IMG/VR virus record: IMGVR_UViG_3300030376_001261
Location: 1 to 26,565 of that record
Source: a virus
Taxonomy: Duplodnaviria; Caudoviricetes
Reading direction: 5' to 3' (one strand)
Length of the DNA stretch: 26,565 nucleotides
Shown: positions 1 to 7,688 of the stretch, one piece after another
How positions within the stretch are numbered: position 1 is the first letter of the stretch
Layout of the letters: every line of letters begins with the position of its first letter
Program-made: the position numbers and the translations under genes
Notes under the pieces: generated by a model
Told to the model about the DNA's origin: nothing
What the model saw: the letters and a program-made list of their open reading frames with translations, nothing else
The model's database searches: none

Positions 1-158
1 GGTACGCCTTTAAGTGTTTCTTTGGCTTGCCCTAAAACAGTTGTTTCATTTATATCTTCGCCATGTACGGCTAATATTGCTTTAGCCAAATAATCTCTTT
101 CTGTAGGATCGGTAGGTATATTATATTTACTTCCATCTTTGGTTTCATATATAGACAT
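1..158 (-). CDS. 5' part of a probable large internal virion/ejection protein (runs off the window; not in the ORF track)
   Basis: ATG at 158-156 preceded by AAGGA (TAAGGAAAAGTAGCAATG), 12 nt after the stop of the 653-aa gene. Open frame MSIYETKDGSKYNIPTDPTERDYLAKAILAVHGEDINETTVLGQAKETLKGV to the edge. Product inferred from position only. Confidence 0.7.
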   Translation of the reverse strand, partial: MSIYETKDGSKYNIPTDPTERDYLAKAILAVHGEDINETTVLGQAKETLKGV

Positions 159-170
159 TGCTACTTTTCC

Positions 171-2132
171 TTATTTTGTAGCAGCTTTATTTAAAGCCTC
201 TTGCATACGCTCTTCTTCTGTTTTTGGAACTTCTCCACCAGTTAATTCCATATATCTTCTATATGCGTTATTTATTGCAAGTTGTATTTCAGGTATTTGG
301 CTACTATCTCCTGCGCCCTCATTAATTGCTTTCATATTATCTTTTAAAACTTCCATTAATTGGATTAATTGTTTTGGTTCCATGTTTGCAATTTCATCAT
401 CTATTTTTCTAACCTGACCTTCATAGTAAGCTTGTTGTGCGCCTGCTAATCCTGACGCACTTCTTCTATCTTGCGCCTGACTAGCTACTCCAGCAATACC
501 AGTACCAAGCTCAGACATGTTTCTAGCACCCATAAGGACTCCGCCTAGTTGTGCCATAGTTAATCCTTGATCTGCAGTAATATTAGAGAATGGACCTGAT
601 TTCTTTGTAGTTTCTATTTGTGTGCCTGCATTCTTCTTATTCCTTTCATCTAATCTCTTCTTCCTATTTTCTTCTTCTAGTTCTCTTCTCCTTATCTCTG
701 CTTCTATTTCTGCTTTTTTCTCTTTACTTAAATCAGCCTCTCTCATCTCTTCGAGTTGTTCATTTGTTTGCGCTCCAAGCCAAGTCAAGCCAAATAAACC
801 AGCAACTCTTCTAGGATCAAAAACCCTAAGAGGCGTACTAGGATCACGCATAGTAAATCCAGAACCTTTAATAATTTTAACGTTAGGATTTGGTCTGGTT
901 GTTAAAACTTTATTTTTCCAAGCTTTTTGCAAGGCACTAGATACTTTAGGCGCTGCCCACCCTATACCCTTACCTATACCCTTCAAGGCTAACGTTCCTG
1001 GATATAACATAGAGGCATCGGAAATAGTTTGTGACCAATCTACAGTTCCGTCATCATCCATATATCTTTCTCTTAAACCTTTTCTAATTCTGCTTTCAGC
1101 AGAATCAACAGCAGTATTTATCTCTTCTTGTGTTGGAATATTTTCACTTGATCCTTGTGGGAAAGGCGTATAGGGATTAAGTTCACTGCCAGTATTTGAA
1201 ACTCCATATGGAAACAGTTTTGAAAGCATTCCTATTCCGCCATCTTTACTTTGTTCGGAAGTAGATTCAGTTACTTTGTTTTTATTTTGCTGTTTTACTC
1301 TTCGCAAGAGTTTGTTGTATGTTTTTTCGTCTAAACCAGATTCTTCTAAGCTAAGAAGGCTACCTGAACCGCTTGGTGTTTGTTCGTATATATCTGCAAT
1401 CAATACATCACCAGTAGATATTCTTTCATCTCTTTCAGCATTACGCCTTTCTGCTCCTGCTAACCAATTTTCATCTCTTTCAGCAGCCAATCTTTCTCTT
1501 TCTTGAATTTCTTCAGCAGTAGGCTCAAACTTAAAATTCTGGCTTATGTCAGCAGTTTCAGGATAACGAATTATAGCTCCGCCTTTATCACGAGGCTGTC
1601 CTGCAAACAATAAAGCTTGTTGAATTTCATCTTCTGACATTCCAGAAGCGTCAATACCTAAACTTTCTAATAATGCTTTTCTTTTAAGCTGTCCAGATTG
1701 TTGATAAACATCATAGATACCTCCCCATCTTGGGTCGATCATTGATGGATCAATGTTTGAATAATCAAGATTTGTTGATCTTGTTAATCCTGTAAAACCT
1801 AAATTTTGATAACCAATTCTTCCACCTTTTGCCATCATTTGCATTCCAGACTCAGGCATAGGAGCAGGCATGTCTTGAGGCATAGGTTGTTGAGCCATGC
1901 CTTGTAAACCTTGAGGAGCCATAAACTCAGCAACTGTTTCTTCAGCAACTGTTGTTTGTGGTTCTGCTTGGGTTGCTTGTGCTTGGTAAGCTTTTTCTAA
2001 TTGAGTTCTTCGTTGTATTTCGCTTAGAACTAAAAACTGTGGATAAGTAGAATTAGGGTCTTGTGTCATTTGTGCCAATTGATCTTTTGGCATATATTCT
2101 AATTCTTCTGCTATTTGTATTAGGTTAGCCAT
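171..2132 (-). CDS. putative internal virion / DNA-ejection protein (653 aa)
   Basis: Long ORF translationally coupled (TAATG) to the upstream gene. Q/M/P-rich N-terminus, MMAKGG motif, charged coiled-coil stretches and Gly/Ala hydrophobic segments. Lies downstream of the nozzle gene, as ejection genes do in podoviruses. Confidence 0.65.
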   Translation of the reverse strand: MANLIQIAEELEYMPKDQLAQMTQDPNSTYPQFLVLSEIQRRTQLEKAYQAQATQAEPQTTVAEETVAEFMAPQGLQGMAQQPMPQDMPAPMPESGMQMMAKGGRIGYQNLGFTGLTRSTNLDYSNIDPSMIDPRWGGIYDVYQQSGQLKRKALLESLGIDASGMSEDEIQQALLFAGQPRDKGGAIIRYPETADISQNFKFEPTAEEIQERERLAAERDENWLAGAERRNAERDERISTGDVLIADIYEQTPSGSGSLLSLEESGLDEKTYNKLLRRVKQQNKNKVTESTSEQSKDGGIGMLSKLFPYGVSNTGSELNPYTPFPQGSSENIPTQEEINTAVDSAESRIRKGLRERYMDDDGTVDWSQTISDASMLYPGTLALKGIGKGIGWAAPKVSSALQKAWKNKVLTTRPNPNVKIIKGSGFTMRDPSTPLRVFDPRRVAGLFGLTWLGAQTNEQLEEMREADLSKEKKAEIEAEIRRRELEEENRKKRLDERNKKNAGTQIETTKKSGPFSNITADQGLTMAQLGGVLMGARNMSELGTGIAGVASQAQDRRSASGLAGAQQAYYEGQVRKIDDEIANMEPKQLIQLMEVLKDNMKAINEGAGDSSQIPEIQLAINNAYRRYMELTGGEVPKTEEERMQEALNKAATK

Positions 2133-3412
2133 TAACCGCCACCTCCAAATCCTCTATAAAGACCAAGACCACTCAAACCTGCACCCAATGCAGTTTGGAA
2201 TAATCCAGGTTGTTGTTGATATGTGCTTTGTGTTTGTTGAGGCTGTATTGGAACACCTCTTAATAGATTGCTAAACCGACCCAATTGATTCTGAGTAAAG
2301 TCTTTCTGTCTCAAGAAGTCTTCATAACCTATATCTCTGCCCGCTTGTCTAATAGCTCTTTCTTGCCTGCCAATGTTTTCAAGCATTTGCATTCTAGATA
2401 TAGCATCTTGTTGTATCCCCTGTCCTGATTGCATTAATCCTTGAGCTGCTTGTAGATTATAACGATTAGATAAATCATAAGCGCTTTGACTAAATTTCTC
2501 TTGAGCCTGTCTTGCAGCTTCATTTTGTTGAGCTGCTGTTAAACCAAGTTTAGCTGCTTGTTGTCTGGCTTGTTCTCCAGCTTGATATGCTTGTATCCCC
2601 TGTGTTCCTTCAGCTTGCATTGCTTGTTGCTGTGCGCCAAAAGCAGATTGTAATAATTTTTCTTGAGCTTGTTGGGCTGCTTGTCCTGCTCCAAACTGAT
2701 CTAAACCAAATTTAGCAGCTCCCATTCCAGCAGCTCTTTCTCTTTCTAGTTGTTGTTGTGCAGATTCAAATGCTCTTTGTGAACCTCTTGACTGTATATC
2801 GCCTAGCTGTTGCCCTAAATTACGCTCTCTTTCTGCTTGCATAATGGCTTCTCGATAACCACCAAGCCCGCCAGCTTGCGTTGCTGCATCACCGCCTTGT
2901 TTTGCTGCAATATCAGAAGCTCTTCTTGCTTCTCTTTTTTCTATATCAATAACATTCTGTTGATAAGGTGACATAAACCTATCAATATTCTGTTCATAAT
3001 TCATTGGGTCATATGCTGGACCCACTTGACCCGCCTGATAACCCGATTGCAAATTTCCAGCTTGATAGCCTTGACCCATTGTTGCTGGGTCATAACCAGA
3101 CTCTGCAGTACCTGCTTGATAGCCTGATGTTAAAGGCGCTTGTGAACCATATCTTTGTGAAGCATCTGTAAATTGTTGTGGCGTTCCAGACTGGGCAAAG
3201 CCACGCACCATTGCTTGAGATGTTAATTCATCTGGAGCAAAGTATTCTAATCGTTGACCACCATAAGGAGTATAGCCTTGTAATGACTCGGCTTCTCCTC
3301 TTTGTAGTAGTCTCTTGTAATAAGGCTCTACATATTCAGGTAAATTAGAAGTTTGTGTAGTAACTTCTTGTGGTGCAGGTGTACTACTGCCTCCGCCCTT
3401 ATATCTTCTCAT
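2132..3412 (-). CDS. putative DNA-ejection/pilot protein (426 aa), positionally analogous to P22 gp7
   Basis: N-terminal YKGGGSS then TTQTSNLPEY; very Gln/Ala/Gly-rich helical body; C-terminal hydrophobic GLFQTALGAGLSGLGLY. Directly follows a GNAT-like gene. Confidence 0.7.
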   Translation of the reverse strand: MRRYKGGGSSTPAPQEVTTQTSNLPEYVEPYYKRLLQRGEAESLQGYTPYGGQRLEYFAPDELTSQAMVRGFAQSGTPQQFTDASQRYGSQAPLTSGYQAGTAESGYDPATMGQGYQAGNLQSGYQAGQVGPAYDPMNYEQNIDRFMSPYQQNVIDIEKREARRASDIAAKQGGDAATQAGGLGGYREAIMQAERERNLGQQLGDIQSRGSQRAFESAQQQLERERAAGMGAAKFGLDQFGAGQAAQQAQEKLLQSAFGAQQQAMQAEGTQGIQAYQAGEQARQQAAKLGLTAAQQNEAARQAQEKFSQSAYDLSNRYNLQAAQGLMQSGQGIQQDAISRMQMLENIGRQERAIRQAGRDIGYEDFLRQKDFTQNQLGRFSNLLRGVPIQPQQTQSTYQQQPGLFQTALGAGLSGLGLYRGFGGGG

Positions 3413-3885
3413 TTTTCTTCCTCAAAATTATATTCAAAACAAACCGCAGTTTTGTCCCATTTTTTATCTTTTATCCAGTTCCAAAATCCAGAGCGACCAA
3501 CACCTTCAATGCCATCACACTTATTGTCTTTCGCCCATTTTTCCAGCATTCCTAATCCGTCATCAAACCAATAAGACATATTTTTGCCAGCAACATGATC
3601 TAGATTTAGCATTTTTTTACCCGTTGGGTAGCTACTAATTTGTGTAACCGCACAACCTATTATCTTTAAGTTTCCTGTATCAAAACAAATCCACAAAGAG
3701 CATTCATTATTAAGGCATTGATAAAATATATCTTGGGTTGTTACCCTGCCTTTGGATCGCTTGCAAGATTTTCTCAAGTATTTTTCTACTTGCTCCCATA
3801 TTATCATTAACTGGTCTGGCATAATTAAAGAAATATTATATTCTCCAGAAGCAGCTTGGTTTGGTCTGTATGCTACTTGATTCAT
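3409..3885 (-). CDS. GNAT-like acyltransferase-fold virion assembly protein (158 aa), T7 gp13/P22 gp14-like position
   Basis: LWI...IIGCAVTQI...LNLDHVAG...EKWAKDNKCDGIEGVGRSGFW pattern resembles the small GNAT-fold proteins that precede ejection genes. ATGA overlaps at both ends. Confidence 0.65.
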   Translation of the reverse strand: MNQVAYRPNQAASGEYNISLIMPDQLMIIWEQVEKYLRKSCKRSKGRVTTQDIFYQCLNNECSLWICFDTGNLKIIGCAVTQISSYPTGKKMLNLDHVAGKNMSYWFDDGLGMLEKWAKDNKCDGIEGVGRSGFWNWIKDKKWDKTAVCFEYNFEEEK

Positions 3886-6800
3886 GCTGGTAATAAGCCA
3901 CCTTTATTAGCAAGTCTAGGCGCTTGTTCAGTTGTCCCTGTTTTAGTTTGCCTTACTCTATCCATCATGCCGTAAAGCTCTTCTGATCCAGCTTGAGAAC
4001 TGCCATCACCCAACATAGAGACAACATCAGCAGGAATAATAAACTCATCTTGAGACACTGCTATTTTTTCTTTATCTCCAATTATTCCATTAATATCGTC
4101 ATCCATTCCACCATTGCCAACTCCTTCAATCAAACCTTCTGTTTGTGCATTTGGAGCTAACTCTTGTAAAACAGCTTCTCTTAATTGTAAAAATAATTCA
4201 TTGCCATATTTTTCAACGAAAGCAGGAATAACTTCTTGGTTGTCAGAATTTCCCAAAACAAACTGAACAACTTCTGATGCTAATGGGTCTTTCTGTACTA
4301 TCTCAATAAGCATAGATTCTGAGTCAGTGCTTCCGCCTACTGCTCTTCCGCCTCTTCCTCCGCCTCTTTTTCTTCCGCTTTTCTTTTTAGGCTCTGGTTT
4401 AGGAGGTGTAACCATTTCTTCTTCTATAGATATTTCATTACGTTTAGGTCTGCCCAAATCAATTACATTTCCATCAGGCATAATTGCTTGAAGACCACCA
4501 TCAAGAATAACAGTTCCATTTGGCATTTGAGTTCCCATTCTTGTTCCTTTTCCTCCTCTGCCACCACCAGTGTCAACCACAACACGACCATCATCTCCTT
4601 GTGGAACTATTCTTGGTGAAGCTGTATTTGGTGGAGCTATTCCAACAGGTAGCTCTGGTTGCATGTCAGGCTTAGGAGCCATGCTCATAGGCAATTCACC
4701 AGAAAGAATTTTTTCTTTAAGCTCTGCATTTGTTAATGGTAGTTCGGGTGGTGGCGGTGCGATTACAGTTCCAAATGGCGTGTTACCACCACCTATGTCT
4801 GGATTCATGCTCATTAAAACTTCTTGAGAAATATTGTCCATAAAACTGTCTGGAGGACCAATATCAACTGTTCCAACTGGAGGGGGTCCATCTGGAAATC
4901 TATCCTCTGGTGACATTAAACCCACACTTGGTTGGTCTTTATAAAAATCCATAAAATTAGAATAATTAATGTCTTCGTTAATAGGCATATTTATATTGGG
5001 CATATCAAATGTAGGCATATCTATGGGCGGTATACCTAAATTAGGTTGTCCAACTGGATTTTCAATATCAGGATCAGGCATATCTATATTAGGATATAAC
5101 GGATTATTCGGATCAAAATTAAACGGATAATCAATACCATAATCATCCCAATTAATATTAGGTATATCTATATCACCAATAATATCATCCCAATTAATAG
5201 GAAAGTCAGGAGGAAATATAGGTGGAGTAGTAGGTGGGGTAGTTGGCGGAATAACTGGTGGGAGAACTGGTGGAGTTGTATCTACTGGAACATCTGGGAT
5301 CGCAGGAACCTCTGGCTGAACAAATTCTAATCCAGCAGGAGCTGAACCAGTAAACTGCTCATAAGGATTAATGGTTGTTGTTGGTGCTATGGTTGCTTGA
5401 ACACCACCAAAACCACCTTTGCTTCCTTCGTAAGTATCTTCAAGGACTGGCGCTCCACCTGTTGTTGTTGCTGTTGCTGGTTGATTCAATGTGTTTGGTT
5501 GAAAATACATTGTTTCTGGAGCAAACCCAGCTAAAAAGTCTGGATTAACTGCATAAGCTTGTCTAGCTGGTGTAAATCTTTGTTGATCTCCTGAAAAATT
5601 ATTAAAATCCATATCGCCAAAATCATTTCTAAGGATTCCACCCATATCGTAACCAGTTCTTCCACCGCCAGCCATCATTGATAATGCTGCAATATCTGCT
5701 TGAACCGATGGGTCCATATTTGTTGAACCACCACCAGCGCTATATAATATAGGCTCAGGTGTGTTTAAGAAATTTTGTCGTCTGCTTTCCTCTTCTTCTT
5801 CTTGCATTCGCTGCATTTGTGCTGCATATGCTTCTTCAGATTCCATCATTGCAGTTGGAGCCATTCCGCCATACATTGCTGTCATTGCTAATGGGTCAGT
5901 AAGACCAGTTGCTAAATGACCAACTCCTTCCTGAAATCCGCCTGAAAAAATATTTTGCAATTGATTTGGCTCTGAAATATTAGGAAGTGAAGTTGTTAAA
6001 GGATTAGCTCCAGCCATTGCGGTTTCTGCTAACGCCTCTGCTCCAGCTCCTGTTGCAAGGTTACTCGGAACACCAGGACCTGCCTGACCTAATGGCATTG
6101 TTCCTAAAGTTGTTGTTGCGTCTGCTGCTGCTCCTGCTGCATCTGCTGCTCCTGCTGCTGCTTCTGCTCCTTGTAATGCAGAACCTACACCATAACCTGT
6201 TACACCAGCTAACAATCCTTTCTTAAAGTCACCTGTTGCTGCCCATTGAGCCAATCCTGATCCTAGTGCTGATGCAGTTAAAGCGCTCATACCACCAACT
6301 CCAGCTAAAAAACTACCTCCCAATAAACTTCCTGCTAAGGGTGCTAAGAAAGGAAGAAAAGCTTCAGGCTGTCCTGTCTCTGGATTTACTGTTAAAGGCA
6401 TAACTTGTGATAACCCACGCACTTCTGCTGGATTAACGTGCATTAGCATTGAATCTCCATAACGACCCTGTGCTGCTACATTTTGTGTCTGTTGTTTTAT
6501 GTCCATTAATCCGCCTCCTGCGTATTGTCCTGCTAATTGCATAAGTTCATCTCTATATTTTTCTTGTAAATAATCAGGCAAAAATTCAATAGCATAATCA
6601 GGGTTCCTTACATATGCGTCTGGATTTTCTCTCATTCTAGCTACTCTTTTTTGCAAAGTTTTTAATTGATTTCTACCCAGCTTAGAAGCAACATTAAATG
6701 CTGGTTTTTGTGGAGGCATAGGTCTTTTTTCTGCACTCACTGTAATTTCTTCTAATGATGGCATTCTTGGTTGGGCGCTTACTGTAATCTCTTCAATTGA

Positions 6801-7154
6801 AGGCATTGTTGTATCTGGCATATTTTTGTTTCCAAATACAACATCAGACCTTGTATTAGAAACTGGTACATCTTCAACAATTCCACGAATAGGTTCTGCT
6901 GATATTTCACCAATTAATTCGTTTTCTCTGTTTCTTATGGTTTCAGTCAATTGTGCAAAATTCATTTTATCTTCTTCAGTAGGAAGATAAATTCCTTTAA
7001 TATTTCTAAGTTGCTTATTTAAATCACTTAATACTTTATCTTGTCTCAACATTTTATTTTGTTGCATTCTTTGTTGCATTCGTGAAAATATGCCTCTTAA
7101 TCCAGAAAAAGAGCGATTTGTTTTTTCTTTTTTTATTTCATTCTTTTCTGCCAC
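3882..7154 (-). CDS. large putative internal virion/ejection protein (1090 aa) with TonB-box-like repeats, a GRxGD..HVN..NPETG motif, a Pro-rich region and a tape-measure-like C-terminal motif
   Basis: Uninterrupted ORF. AQGRYGDSMLMHVNPAEV..TVNPETGQPEAF is followed by a Gly/Ala hydrophobic stretch. C-terminal GLIEGVGNGGMDDDI..AVSQDEFIIPADVVSMLGDGSS. First large gene after the nozzle cluster. Confidence 0.7.
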   Translation of the reverse strand: MAEKNEIKKEKTNRSFSGLRGIFSRMQQRMQQNKMLRQDKVLSDLNKQLRNIKGIYLPTEEDKMNFAQLTETIRNRENELIGEISAEPIRGIVEDVPVSNTRSDVVFGNKNMPDTTMPSIEEITVSAQPRMPSLEEITVSAEKRPMPPQKPAFNVASKLGRNQLKTLQKRVARMRENPDAYVRNPDYAIEFLPDYLQEKYRDELMQLAGQYAGGGLMDIKQQTQNVAAQGRYGDSMLMHVNPAEVRGLSQVMPLTVNPETGQPEAFLPFLAPLAGSLLGGSFLAGVGGMSALTASALGSGLAQWAATGDFKKGLLAGVTGYGVGSALQGAEAAAGAADAAGAAADATTTLGTMPLGQAGPGVPSNLATGAGAEALAETAMAGANPLTTSLPNISEPNQLQNIFSGGFQEGVGHLATGLTDPLAMTAMYGGMAPTAMMESEEAYAAQMQRMQEEEEESRRQNFLNTPEPILYSAGGGSTNMDPSVQADIAALSMMAGGGRTGYDMGGILRNDFGDMDFNNFSGDQQRFTPARQAYAVNPDFLAGFAPETMYFQPNTLNQPATATTTGGAPVLEDTYEGSKGGFGGVQATIAPTTTINPYEQFTGSAPAGLEFVQPEVPAIPDVPVDTTPPVLPPVIPPTTPPTTPPIFPPDFPINWDDIIGDIDIPNINWDDYGIDYPFNFDPNNPLYPNIDMPDPDIENPVGQPNLGIPPIDMPTFDMPNINMPINEDINYSNFMDFYKDQPSVGLMSPEDRFPDGPPPVGTVDIGPPDSFMDNISQEVLMSMNPDIGGGNTPFGTVIAPPPPELPLTNAELKEKILSGELPMSMAPKPDMQPELPVGIAPPNTASPRIVPQGDDGRVVVDTGGGRGGKGTRMGTQMPNGTVILDGGLQAIMPDGNVIDLGRPKRNEISIEEEMVTPPKPEPKKKSGRKRGGGRGGRAVGGSTDSESMLIEIVQKDPLASEVVQFVLGNSDNQEVIPAFVEKYGNELFLQLREAVLQELAPNAQTEGLIEGVGNGGMDDDINGIIGDKEKIAVSQDEFIIPADVVSMLGDGSSQAGSEELYGMMDRVRQTKTGTTEQAPRLANKGGLLPA
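6723..6806 (-). repeat. tandem 42-nt / 14-aa duplication MPSIEEITVSAQPR-MPSLEEITVSAEKR
   Basis: Read directly from the translation (residues 117-144). The two copies differ at several synonymous positions but keep EEITVSA. Confidence 0.9.
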
Positions 7155-7492
7155 TATCTTTCCTCTTTGGTTTCGCAGCCAAATATATTAAAACTCATAT
7201 CAACTGCGCTTGTATAGACCTTAACTACGTCTGTTTGATTTAGAGTTATACCTAAAACTATTGCAAAAGAATCATTTGCTGCAACAGATTTGTCGTAATA
7301 TAAATATTGTTTATCATCAGCTCCTGCACCAGCTACATGAACACTTAACCTAAATGTGATTGCTGAACCCGTTCTATTTGCTGCCACAATAGAGCTAACA
7401 GTTGTCTGCGTCATATCAGGCACAGTATATAAAGTTGTTGTTGTTGTTGCTGATGGGTCTGCTTGACCTAACACTTTTAAATCATCAGCCAT
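7154..7492 (-). CDS. small beta-rich virion (tail-associated) protein (112 aa)
   Basis: KVLGQ..P.ATTTTTLYTVP..TTVSSIVAAN..GITLNQTDVVKVY..SFNIFGCE; a beta-sandwich-like pattern common next to nozzle genes. Confidence 0.6.
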   Translation of the reverse strand: MADDLKVLGQADPSATTTTTLYTVPDMTQTTVSSIVAANRTGSAITFRLSVHVAGAGADDKQYLYYDKSVAANDSFAIVLGITLNQTDVVKVYTSAVDMSFNIFGCETKEER

Positions 7493-7688
7493 GTTTCATT
7501 CCCATTAATAAAAATTGATGCCGTTTAGATGCTTTACTTGTTACTGTTGATTGCATCCTTTGTATGGTTGTTATTTTAACATTCAAAGATTCTATTGCTT
7601 GCTCAATTGTTCTTCTTGTTAATGCTTCATTATTAGCATCATAGTCGCTACTTGCTAAAGGCAATCCTATTGTTTTAATATCAGCCAT
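7485..7688 (-). CDS. hypothetical tail-associated protein (67 aa)
   Basis: Coupled to the nozzle stop (TAATG); LPLASSDYD followed by an amphipathic helix. Confidence 0.55.
   Translation of the reverse strand: MADIKTIGLPLASSDYDANNEALTRRTIEQAIESLNVKITTIQRMQSTVTSKASKRHQFLLMGMKHG

Noticed and set aside
139-1506. + strand ORFs (92, 64, 183 and 76 aa)
   Set aside because: Ser/Phe/Leu-rich antisense shadows of the 653-aa gene.
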